A stretch of 33,462 nt of DNA from Octopus bimaculoides (taxonomy: Eukaryota). The stretch is from NCBI RefSeq assembly GCF_001194135.2, contig NC_068984.1:88529643-88563104 (forward strand). The letters run 5' to 3'. Both the position numbers and the translations under genes were made by a program. Positions 1 through 11,515 of this stretch are shown piece after piece (position 1 is the stretch's first letter; each line of letters begins with the position of its first letter). Under the pieces are notes generated by a model. It saw nothing but the letters and a program-made list of their open reading frames with translations. It had not been told where the DNA came from and searched no databases.

Positions 1-334
1 CTCACCTTACTGGCAGCATCTCTGTACATGGCTCGCACAGCTCTCACTAACCATTCTTCTATCCCAAGTTTCCTCATTGACCACCAGATAAGGGATCGGG
101 GGACCCTGTCAAAGGTTTTCTCCATGTCAACGAAAGCCAGGTACAGAGGTTTATCCTTAGCTAGGTATTTCTCCTGCAGCTGTCTCACTAGAAATAAGGC
201 ATCAGTAGTGCTTTTACCTGGCACGAACCCAAACTGCATCTCATCTAAATTGATTCGCTCCCTAATTAGTTGGGCTATGACCCTCTCTGTAACTTTCATA
301 ACCTGATCTAACAGCTTGATGCCTCTGTAATTAT
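1..334 (-). mobile_element. RTE-clade LINE fragment (RT domain, 5'-truncated, continues off window)
   Basis: Reverse strand encodes NYRGIKLLDQVMKV...QFGFVPGKSTTDA...YLAFVDMEKTFDRVP; homologous to the copies at 6138 and 25872. Confidence 0.9.
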
Positions 335-521
335 TTGTATGTGCATATGTGCACTGATTTAGATATAGCAGAATATAAACTGCTTGTCATTAAGCTATAG
401 CTACACTAAAATCATTACAAAGCTTGTTACTTGAAGTGTTAGGTTCACCTTCTCTTGCAGGCCTGGAAAAGGCACTTTGATACTCAACCTAAAACCACAT
501 ATTTAATTAAAACTAAAGCTT

Positions 522-541
522 GAGAGAGAGAGAGAGAGAGA
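522..541. repeat. (GA)n microsatellite
   Basis: Read directly. Confidence 0.95.
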
Positions 542-590
542 ATATGCACGTTTGTATATTTAATGTAATAAAAATAACAATTCAATTTAC

Positions 591-639
591 CTCAGCTTCA
601 TGATTATCATGCGTCTTTTTAGTTGCCTTGAGGGACTTC
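591..639 (-). CDS. SMC1: SMC1 coding exon 8 (K-KSLKATKKTHDNHEAE)
   Basis: 49 nt; acceptor TACAG, donor GTAAAT; phase 2 in, phase 0 out, continuing exon 7; aligns with human KKSLQNAQKHY. The remaining exons lie left of the window. Confidence 0.88.
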
Positions 640-1124
640 CTGTAATGAAAGAAATAAAAATTAACATGTTAACTTACATTATAATCCAAAGAGGTGAAAT
701 ACACCAAAACAAATTGAAATAGAAACAGTTGATTTCTTTTAAGGATATGTTTTATCTACATAGAAATATTAAAAAAATGCATTCCAGTCCCTTCCTATCC
801 CAAAATATGAACTGAAAGATGCAACAAAAACTTCCATTCATTTATTGCTTGTTAGGATCACTAATGAGAGAGCTTAATAGAAAATAACAAACCAAAGAGG
901 GAGTCTTTACATGGACACATGAAGGCTGAGGATAGCAAATCTTAAAATTGTATTTTACTGTCTTTAAGGTAAGATACACAAGACAATGGAATCCTTTGTA
1001 TTCAGTTATTGATCCTTACTCCTTAAAAAACAGGATGGTCATGATGGGAATGGTTTCACTGTATGTTCAGTCAGAGGTGACCAGGGTCTAAACAACAATA
1101 GAAAAGTAATAAACGATGACTTAC

Positions 1125-1210
1125 TTAGCAGCTTCAAGCTTTTTAATCATGTGAGCAGTTTTTTCTTTAGCTTTGATGTAAATAGGCCTCTTTTTGTTCA
1201 ATTCAGATTC
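1125..1210 (-). CDS. SMC1: SMC1 coding exon 7 ([29 protein letters not shown])
   Basis: 86 nt; acceptor TTCAG, donor GTAAGT; matches SMC1 (ELNQKRPQYIKAKE in human). Confidence 0.95.
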
Positions 1211-1746
1211 CTGAAGAAAAACAAAAACTATTGTAAAACTATTTCAAAATTATTAAATTGTTGCAGATTTATCTGAAAGTAACCAAATATCAATTATTAC
1301 ATAGTAGCTGAACTACATTCACACATCAATAATTGCAATATTTTCAAACTCCACTCTTACCAATCTGATATTTATAAATTGACTGAATTGTGGTTTAAGA
1401 AAGTTATCTATTATCAAAACTGACAACACATTCATAAATTAAGCATTCAAAGCACTCTTAAAATGCATGCTTCTTCTGTAGTCTTAGTTCAGTTAGGCTG
1501 TCTGTTTACTCTGGAGTATGGAATACTCAAAGACACAGTACATCATAAGAGAATAGAAGAACTTAATTTTAGAAAGGAATTAGAATAGACAGACAAATCA
1601 CTCTGCCTATGAAGAATTATTTTTGATATGAGTTGCTATTAGATTTATAACAGGCAAGACTGAAATTGTCCACATAAGAATATGAAATTATTGATCTGAG
1701 TGATAAAAGAAGAAGATAAAAATGTAAAGTGGCAAACTATACTCAC

Positions 1747-1959
1747 AGCTTCTTTGATGTTCTGCTCAATTTTTGTGAGATCTCGACTCAATTTTCCTTG
1801 CTCTTTTTTCTTCTCTTTGATCTCGTCCTCAATCTTATCTCTCTTTTTTAATTCTCTATCTAAACCAGCGTTCTTCTTGTTAAGTTCTTCATTCAACTCA
1901 TCAATATCTTTCTCATTATGAAACAACTTGAACAATTGGAGTTGCAGCTGTTTTTCTAC
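1747..1959 (-). CDS. SMC1: SMC1 coding exon 6, coiled coil (VEKQLQLQLFKLFHNEKDI...KIEQNIKEA)
   Basis: 213 nt, phase 0-0; acceptor TTACAG, donor GTGAGT; within ORF 1645..2001; QLFKL.HNE motif. Confidence 0.96.
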
Positions 1960-3798
1960 CTGTAAAGTAAAATTAACATCTTTGTTTGAGATGCACGTCA
2001 TTTACAAACACAAAATATTGATTTCTCACTTTAGCAAATCATCTTGTCCACTGTTAGTTTCTTTGGACCAAACCTAACTATTTTTCATAACTTACTATGA
2101 CAAAATAATGATCAAACAGTCACCAGTTTCTGATACTTGTCTATTTCAAAGTATTCTATCCAATGATCACAATTCTTTTATCTGAAGATATTGGAATCAT
2201 TTCAGAGTTATCTTGCAAGGTTTGATCTGATACAGTATGTGGAAAGAAAAACAAACTGCACCACACTGGAATCATGATAGCTATTCAAAATACATAGATA
2301 TTATATTCATTTTTGTTTTATGTTGTTATAGCATCAGAATCTTGTATGTATATGACCTGGTCACTGAAAAGCTATTCCATTGTATAATACAGTAGAGCAG
2401 TACTAGTAATCCGGTTGTATACAAACAAAAGACTGATATTATAACACAAAAACAAAAACTTAATAGCATATTGTCAATGGCGATCATGAGTCTACCGTGA
2501 TGTAACCTTATAATTCATGCAGTTAGAGAAAAAGAGGAAGAAAAGAGTAAAAAAGGAGAGAGAAGTTTCTATGACATGAGGTAGAGAGAAGTAATTGTAA
2601 TGCTTTCACGTGATTAGTTGAAGGGAAAGAGAGGAGAAAGAAAAAGAGGGAGAGATATAAAGACAGAAATAGAAAAAGAGAGCAAGAAAGGTCCATGATG
2701 TGAGGTAGGGAACATAATATTACGTGGTTAAAAAAGTTCGTTGAAGGTAGTGATAATATAAAGGAGAGTTAAAAATTTTAGCAGAGGGGTGATGTTCTGA
2801 TGGTGAGGTTAAAGAAAGGCACAGGGAGAGAGAGGGGTGGGGGTGAGAGATGATGTGGTGGTGGAGGTGGCAGTGGTGAGTGCATAGCGAAAAGTGTATT
2901 TTTTAAAAAACTGAACTAAGTTTTTCATATTATCTATCACTTAATGCATGCACATAACTGCAATTCCGTGAATTATTTACACTTATTTACATGGCAGATA
3001 TATGCAATTTAACTATAGGTTGTAGCATATCTACGGGATATTTTTTTTCTTGCTTATAGGAAGAATGGAAAAGTAAGGGTGAATATTTATTTTATGAGTG
3101 TTGTGTATTAAGTCTATACATATAAAGTGCATTAAGTAATTATCGTATTCCAATTTCTTTCACTTTTCGATGAGTAGCAGATGAGCGACTATCTTTCCAT
3201 ACAGACAACATAAGCTACACTTTCAGGTTTTTTTGGATAAAGTTTTCAGAAATAACCCGATAGGTTTACCATTAATTCTGTGAAATATTCATGGGTTCTG
3301 CCAGTTAGGATTATTGATATTTTCAACTTTCTAAATTTCTTTCAAATTAGAATAAATTTGATATTGCAGATTTAGTAATTTATATTCTGAAATAAATTTT
3401 TTAAATGGAACATTAATCATAAATAATGACAAGATTATAATAAAATTGTACAGAAAGTCTAGTGAGGTGAGATGTGTGTAATATCTACTTGATAGTAAGC
3501 ATTTAATTAAAATATATAGGGATGTTGTCAATATTTATACTCAAGTTCTAGAGATTTTAACTGCTATATTCTAGCAAGTGTCTAAATGTTTTTTTAAATT
3601 TTTATTGATATAAGGATTGAAAGAGCTGTTTTACCTTCAGATAGATGCATACAATGACTGGTTAATATTTTTCTTAGTAAATAATCTGACAGTAGCCATT
3701 GACTTGAAGATAAATGGCTATACCAAAACTGAAATAACCTTCAAAAAGAAAACTAAATTCAAAGCAAATAAAATGAAAAATTTAGATGGAAATCTCAC

Positions 3799-3967
3799 CA
3801 ATTGCTCTTTAAGTTTCTGGTAACGCTCTGCTTCTTCTTTTTCTAACTTAGCTTCTTTCTTTTCAGCAGCAATGCCTTTCTTTTTGTGGTAATTAAACTG
3901 AGTATCTTCTTCAGCTTTTAACATTTCAGTTTTAGCTTTATCATATTCTTCCTTTAATTCTCCAGAT
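3799..3967 (-). CDS. SMC1: SMC1 coding exon 5 ([57 protein letters not shown])
   Basis: 169 nt; acceptor TTTCAG, donor GTGAGA; overlaps ORF 3718..3924; phase consistent with exon 4. Confidence 0.97.
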
Positions 3968-4859
3968 CTGAAAAGTGTAGATGTTTCTTGACATTAAAGC
4001 ATTCAACAATAAGTACTTCCAGCAAAAGCTCAAAAACCAATTAAAAATAAAGTATTTATTATACCTGCCATTGTATAGCTAATTGATACTGCAATGTTTT
4101 GTAAACAATAGCAAGACTTCAAATGGAATTTTCTTTTAATAAATGGCTTTTTTCTTAAAGGAATTAGAACTTAGAACATGTAATATTTGAGGTTAAGTGA
4201 TGGGATAGTTAATTTAAATAGAAAACTATATTTCGCACATTCATTTTCTGAATAACAATACAATATTCAACTGGTCTCTGTTGATTTTGATCTCAGATCA
4301 ATTCCATAAGAGTGTACAAAAGTTACCCAATCAAAGCTAAAAAATCAGAGGAGCAAGTCCAATAACAAAACAGTAATAATACCTTTGATCTTTGCAAAAG
4401 CAAAAATATTTACAAAACAATGCATTAGCAATAAATGCAGCTAATTGATTTAAGGCCCTTCAGTAAATATCAATAATCAAACAAACATTTTCACCAATTT
4501 AATGTGTAGGTTGGTGTACATCAGGAGTGGATTTTCTGCCACTCCAGTTTATTATACTTTTCTAGACATTAACAGGGGAGTTTTGAAGACTGGCTGTCCA
4601 TGAGAACTTCTGAAAACTGATGATCTAGATCTCATAGCTTAAGCTGTTGAGGAATTAAAGAAGCAATTCATGACATGGATACAAGACCTACAATGAAGAG
4701 GCCTTAAAGTAAACCTATAAAAATAAGTTTTAATCATCCAGAAAGAAGTCAAAACTTCACTAGCACTGGACAAATGACTGTCTTTAAAAAGGAAATAAGT
4801 AAGAATTCCATATGATGTACCTAATGTAAACCATAGAGCATACAAAGTGTAGGGGAATT

Positions 4860-5420
4860 ACAGGAGAGCTGACAGAGAAGGATTTTGTAGCAGATGCACA
4901 GAAGTGTTTAGTAGTAAGACTACACATGAGATTAATTCTGTTATAAGCCCAGAAATATCCCTATAGTGATTGACAATTTGTTATTTAGGTTACTTAATCA
5001 GCATTGGAAATAGATGTTCCAAAATCATAATACCCAGAGTAAGAATAAGGTAGAAAAAGTTCAGGGGGTTATAACTTGTACTGGCAACAAAAGGATTCTC
5101 TTTATGGATGAAGAGTACATTATTGTATGATGCTTCTGTACAAAGTGCAACATTGTATGATAGTGAAACATGGACACTGGATGCAGAAGATGAATAAAGA
5201 TTGGTAAGGTATGCAACCTATGCTGGATGTGTAAAATTAGTATGAATAAACAATGGAACATAAATGAGATAAGAGAAAAACTGGTTCTAAATAGAATCAG
5301 CTGCAGTGAACAACAACAGAAGAAACTGTGCTTATATGAACATATGATGCATGTGGTGGATGACAGTAGAATAGAGAAGTGCCAAGTGATTACAAAGTGG
5401 GAGGAGCTAGCAGATGAAGA
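4860..5420 (+). mobile_element. Old, degenerate RTE LINE fragment (RT C-terminal region)
   Basis: Broken frames resemble the RT tail of the other copies (ATKGFSL, LYDSETWTL, WMCKISM..IREKL..CLYEHMMH..DSRIEKC); boundaries approximate. Confidence 0.65.
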
Positions 5421-5533
5421 AAATTGAAGAAGACATAAAATGATTATGATATCACAATTATTTAGCAGTAAGAGAGATAAAAACAAAACATCAATAGATT
5501 GCAAACTGTTATAGCGAGAATAGGATTAATTAC

Positions 5534-5682
5534 CTGCTGATTTCTTCAAACATAACTGTACGTTCTTTGGCATTCTTCATAGCAATGCTTTCAACAGTTC
5601 CTTGAAACACAAGAAAGTTCTTAGATTTTACCAAAACACCAATTTTCTCAAGTTCTTGTGCATATTGCTGGGAAGAAACACC
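5534..5682 (-). CDS. SMC1: SMC1 coding exon 4 ([50 protein letters not shown]), Q-loop
   Basis: 149 nt within ORF 5530..5760; acceptor CAG, donor GTAATT; [15 protein letters not shown] is an SMC1 signature. Confidence 0.97.
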
Positions 5683-6137
5683 CTGAATTAAAATGAAAAG
5701 AAAGAATAAAAATAAAAATATAACAAAATAGTTTAATTTCTTTTTCATTGAAAGGTGCAATAAAGCAGTTTAGATAACAAGATTGAGCCCTTCTACATGT
5801 ATTCCTTAGACTTGAGATCTGGTCCAAATGCTTGTAAAAAAATGAAATCCACTAAAACTACCATGAGCTAGGTAGCACTGTTAAACTGGACAATGGATGA
5901 TGTCTACTAACCAAAAACACACTAATAATTCTGTCTATGAAATGTCCCTTACAAGGTTTTGATTGACAGATCATGGTAAATGAAACTTATCCAAGGGGTC
6001 ATGCAGTGGAACAGGATGCAAAACAAAGGTAGCAAAGCAGATTGAACAACTTCACTTCGCCTGATTCACAAAAAAAGTAATACAGTTTAGCTTATTGCAT
6101 CTGTAAGACTGTGGTTGTCATCTCCAAATGAGTTAAT

Positions 6138-8202
6138 TCATCATCATCGTCTAACACCTGCTTTCCATTCTGGCATGGGCTGGATGGTTTGACAGAGGAC
6201 TGGAAAGCCAGGAGGCTACATCAAGCGCCAATCTGATCTGGCAAGATTTCTACAGCTGGATGCCCTTCCTAATGAATGTGGGTGCTTTTTACGTACCACC
6301 AGCACAGGGGGCAGTCAGGCAGCACTGGCACTGACCACACTCAAATGGTGCTTTTTACATGTTACAGGCACAGGAGCCAGTCCAGCAGCACTCGCATTGA
6401 CCACGTTGGAATGGTGCTTTTTATGTGCCACCGGCACTCATGCCAGTCAGGCAACACTGGCATTGGCCATGACTAAGTTTTCACTTGACTCAACAGGTCT
6501 TCTCAAGCTCAGTATATTGCCCAACGATTGAAGGGTACTTCTAAACAGGCCAGGTACGTGACTAGCTTCAGCCACAGCTATGATCTTACTTGACTTGCCT
6601 GCTTATCTCAAGCACAGCATATCTCCAAAGGTCTCAGTCACTTGTCATTGTTTCTGTGAGGCCCAATGTTTGAAGGTCGTGTTTCACCACCTCATCCTAT
6701 GTCTTCTTGGGTCTACCTCTTCCACAGGTGCTCTCTACTGTTGGGGTGTGACGCTTCTTCACACAGTTGTCCTCATCCATACGCAACCATACCAGCGCAG
6801 TTGTCTCTTTTGCACTCCACATCTGATGCTTCTTATGTCCAACTTTTCTCTCAGGGCACTTACACTCTGTTGTGCAGGCACATTGACATTACACATCCAG
6901 CAGAGCATACTAACTTTATTTCTTTCAAGGCTATGCATGTATTCAGCCCATGTTTCACAGCCATGTAGCATAGCTGTTTGCACACATGTATCATACAGTC
7001 TACCTTTCACTCTAAGTGAGAGGCCCTTTGTTACCAGCAAAGGTAGGAGCTCTCTGAACTTTGCCCAAGCTATTCTTATTCTAGCAGCTATGCTCTCAGA
7101 GCATCCACTTCCGCTACTGACTTGGTCCCCTAAGTAATGGAAGCTTTCAACTACTTCTAGTTTTTCCCCCTGGCATTTGATGGAATCTGTTTTCTGTACA
7201 TCTTTGGTGTTTATTACCCCTGTACATCTGCCACACACACAAAGCTATCTTCCCAGTTAACTTTCCTTTGATATTGCTGCACCTCTTATGTGTTCATAGC
7301 TTATATCAGGTACATTTTATGGAGTTTCCACCTATGCCTTTTCTACAGATCAAGCAGGGCCATATAACTGAAAGGATTTGTGATTCATTTGCCTTCTTTC
7401 TAACTAAGACTTTGGTTTTTGCTAGATTGACTCTAAGGCCCTTTAATTCTAGACCTTGCTTCGACAACTGTAACTTCTCTAGTTCTGATAGTGACTCAGT
7501 TATTAGAGCAAGGTCATCAACATAGAGGAGCTCCTGGGAGCAGCCTGTCTTGAATTCCTGTTATTGCCTGGAGGACTATGATGAATAAGAGGAGGCTGAG
7601 GACTGATCTTTGGTGAACCCCTACTTTTACCTGGAATTCACTATACTTGTTGCCAACCATCACCTTACTGACAGCATCCTTGTACACGGCTTGCACAGCC
7701 TTCACCAACCATTCATCTATCCCTAGTGTGTGCATTGACCACCAGAAAAGGGATCGGAGGACCCTGTCAAAGGCTTTCTCCAAGTCAACGAAAGCCAAGT
7801 ACAGAGGTTTATTTTGGCTAGGAATTTCTCCTGCAGTTGTCTTAGCAGAAATATAGCAACAGTGGTGCTTCTCCTTGGCACAAACACAAACTGCAACTCG
7901 TCTAAACTAACTCTCTCCCTAATCAGTTGGGCCATGATCCTCTCCATGACTTTCATCACCTGATCCAATAATTAGATACCTTTGTAATTATACCTATCTA
8001 ATGCGTCACCTTTAGCTTTGTAGCAGTTGACTATGGCGCTGCTACACCAGTCACTGGGTATGACTCCATGTATCACTTGGTTGACTATATGGCTGACTAG
8101 ACTATAGCTTACACTGTAAGATATTTTAAGCATCTCAGCAGTGATTCCTGATGGGCCGGGAGCTTTCCCTGTCTTCATACCCTTAATTGCTCTACCAACC
8201 AA
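6138..8202 (-). mobile_element. RTE LINE, 5'-truncated, about 2.06 kb, disrupted RT plus 3'UTR ending in (ATG)n tail
   Basis: ORF-track pieces GKAPGPSGITAEMLK, FVDLEKAFDRV, ELLYVDDLAL, FHYLGDQV, LRWYG; frameshifts and stops; tail reads TCATCATCATC at 6138. Confidence 0.93.
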
Positions 8203-8820
8203 GGTACTGTCATATTTTAAAATTCAGAATAGCTTCGCCATAAACAACTTCAATATATATGCTATTCTGATGAGTATGGGAGTATCAATGTGTATTGGAT
8301 ATTCTCATATTAATGAGTTCAGAATAAAGAACAATCTTGTCACTATTTATAAATCAATATAGATTTTCTAGTTATAGTACTTGAAAAAGATAAATCTGAA
8401 CCAAAAAAAGCATGTTCAAAACCCTTTTTGATATTATGCATGGTTCTCTGATACAAAACATTTTAAAATGTTCATATTTAAATTGAAGCCACCATCATCT
8501 ACTGTTGAGTTATATTCCAAATACCACCTCTAAATTGTTTTTTTTTTCAAAATTAATTACAAGACAGAGATTTTACCAAATCCATCAAAACAATTATTTA
8601 AAAAAATACACTGAAACACTAAGGCTGTTCATGTTATGTTAGAAAATAGATCCACAATGTCTGACATAAAACAAGGTTACAAAATGGTTAAAATTCCTCT
8701 AAATGATATTTTTTAAGGGACAACCAAATAATAATGATATATTCTATCAGTTACATAATGCTATATATTTCACTAATCCTTTTTAAATGAGCTCAACCAC
8801 TACTGAACTAATATTTTCTC

Positions 8821-9925
8821 CAGTTCTATCTTTAAGAGATGAGGAATTATGTACATTATTTACATTTGACAGATATTTGTCCTGGGTTCTCATTTGTAAG
8901 ATATTTTTTGATGTTATTATTATTATTTAGGTCACTGTCTGGAATCGAACTCGAAGTCTTGGGGTTAGTAGCCCGTGCTCTTGACCAATACGCCATATGC
9001 CTGTGGGCAATTATGGAGTGAATTTTAGGGCTTATAAATCTAATATTTTCCTATCCTTCCTTAATACTGGTTCCCATATGCTATTCATATCTGCACTCGG
9101 TCTGCTTAGGAGGTTGTTGTGTCCTATCATATGTACTGCTTCTTTTAGTTTTCATATTTTCCAGTGGTGTTCTCTGTTTATTATTTTAACTTCNNNNNNN
9201 NNNGAATTATGTACATTATTTACATTTGACAGATATTTGTCCTGGGTTCTCATTTGTAAGATATTTTTTGATGTTATTATTATTATTTAGGTCACTGTCT
9301 GGAATCGAACTCGAAGTCTTGGGGTTAGTAGCCCGTGCTCTTGACCAATACGCCATATGCCTGTGGGCAATTATGGAGTGAATTTTAGGGCTTATAAATC
9401 TAATATTTTCCTATCCTTCCTTAATACTGGTTCCCATATGCTATTCATATCTGCACTCGGTCTGCTTAGGAGGTTGTTGTGTCCTATCATATGTACTGCT
9501 TCTTTTAGTTTTCATATTTTCCAGTGGTGTTCTCTGTTTATTATTTTAACTTCATCCTACAGGGGGATGAAGTTAAAATAATGCTAGGACACAACAACCT
9601 CCTAAGCAGATCGAGTGCAGATATGAATAGCACATAGGAACCAGTATTAAGGAAGGACAGGAAAATATTAGATTTATAAGCCCTAAAATTCACTCCATAA
9701 TTGCCCGTTGGCATATGGCGTAGTGGGTACTAACCCCAAGACTTCGAGTTTGATTCCAGGCAGTGACCTGAATAAATAATAACAACATTGAAAAATACCT
9801 TAGGAATGAGTACCCAGGTTCGAAATTTCCCCCAAGACACCTGATGAAGTCTGGAGGGTATATCAGCTGAAACGTTGTTAACAACAACCAAGATGAGGAC
9901 AAATATCCATCAAATGTAAATAATG
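8821..9925. mobile_element. Inverted composite of PLE 3'-terminal segments, bounded by a 12-bp TSD
   Basis: Minus-strand arm(s) 8821-9566 and plus-strand arm 9565-9925 both match 29675-30097; TAATATTTTCTC at 8809-8820 and 9926-9937. Confidence 0.85.
9836..9881 (+). ncRNA. Degenerate minimal type-I hammerhead ribozyme motif (PLE type)
   Basis: GACAC-CTGATGA-A-stem II (GTCTG/CAGCT)-GAA-ACGT-T: the CUGAUGA and GAAA cores plus the ACGU palindrome. Stems I and II carry mismatches. Confidence 0.6.
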
Positions 9926-9987
9926 TAATATTTTCTCTTAGGTAGATATGGGAATATATGCTTTGAATTATAAGCAGCTCTAATAAT

Positions 9988-10170
9988 AGTTTCAAATTCT
10001 GGCACAAGGCCAGCAATTTCAGGGGAGGGATTTAGTTGATTACATCAACTTCAGTGTTCAATTGGTGCTTATTTTATTGACCCTGAAAGGATGAAAGGCA
10101 AAGTCGACCTCAGCAAAATCTGAACTCAGAATGTAAGAAATGCCATTAAGCATTTTGCTGCTTGCTGTCT
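9988..10170 (-). mobile_element. tRNA-derived SINE (family A) with 17-bp TSD
   Basis: Reverse complement of the 11841 SINE (gactttgcctttcatcc..ataagtacca core); TAAGCAGCTCTAATAAT at 9971-9987 and 10171-10187. Confidence 0.85.
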
Positions 10171-11515
10171 TAAGCAGCTCTAATAATGTAAACATTACCA
10201 ATGTCACATACTTAATGTGTTTTGTTTATGCCCTTCTAAATCGTGGGACTGTATCAGGGGGAAAGTTCCTTTAAGATGCTGAGTCTTAAAAAATACTGCA
10301 TACCTCAAACCAAATAAGACAACTTGCTCCATAGGAGTAAGAGAATGATGGATATCAATATTCCGCTGTTATTTCAGCTCATTGGCAATGTACGTCCTAG
10401 TCACTTCAAAACAAAATAATCAATATCCATTGTTCTCATTCACCATGGGACATTCTTTGAGTAGTTTTTTCCCCCCTCAAGCTGCTTTTGTATATCATGT
10501 TATGTCAACTGTATTTTAATTCCACAGCCAAGAGGCTATTAAATAATTTGGGGATAACCTTAGTGTTTCAATTGGATTTTTTTCGAAATAATTGCTTTGA
10601 AGGATTTAGTAAAATTTGTTTTTCTTTTGCAATTTATTTTGTGTGAGAAACCAAATGAAAGATAAATGTTTATAAGCTGAAATTTTGATTTATTATTCTT
10701 AAATCTGAAGACATGAATAAAGAAAGTTTCAGGTATGATGGGTAGTTTAGGACTGAGAGAGTTATAATGTAGTTCTTCAGGTAATGTATTGATTCAAATT
10801 TTCCCAACAAGCCTATTAGTGTAATTCTTCCTTCAGAACTCTTTAATTTCAATTTGGACCAATGTTCTTTTATAAAGCTGTGCAATGATTTCTCTTCCTA
10901 CTGAGTTATTATGCTAAAAGTGGGCACTTTTGATAATGATATTATATTTTTATATTATATATATTTTTGCCTCCTAATCTATGTTTAACTCTTCAGCATT
11001 CAGAATACTTTGTCAAATGTAATGCTTATTTATTCATATTGTTTTGAATTAATCATGTATTATCTCTTGGTTTCAAGATGCCAATGATGCGATTGTAAAT
11101 TTCTAGAATGACATTATATGGTATGTGTGCAGGTGTGAGAGGCTGGATCTAGCCAGTTTGAACCTAAAACAGGTAGAATATTTGAGTAGAATAGGGCAGC
11201 TTTAAATACTAAAGGGTTAATGTAATGGAAAATACTACCCAATCACAGATTATGAATACACCTAGTGAGAAACTAGAAACCAATAAGCATATTTTTTTTA
11301 TTAACAAACTTTGATACATTTGCTGAGAAGTTTACAATCTGTTATATTTCTCATGATAAATAATAAATTCATTTGACATGAAGTAATACCTTCTTACTGA
11401 TCAATGATAGCATGAAATCCAGTAACTAGTATTTCTCCCACTTCTTGTTCTTCTAGTAGTAAATATATGTAAGATGTAAAGCCAGCAAAACATTGCATTA
11501 GAACATTTCACTTAC

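Noticed and set aside
390-488. Candidate SMC1 exon 9 (TTTAG|VEYQSAFSRPAREGEPN...)
   Set aside because: No resemblance to the expected SMC1 coiled-coil continuation and it reaches a stop; the real exon 9 is probably left of the window.
8930-9001. Functional tRNA gene (also 9290-9361)
   Set aside because: A and B boxes are present but the acceptor and T stems pair poorly, and the sequence is part of a repeated PLE terminus; treated as a tRNA-derived segment.
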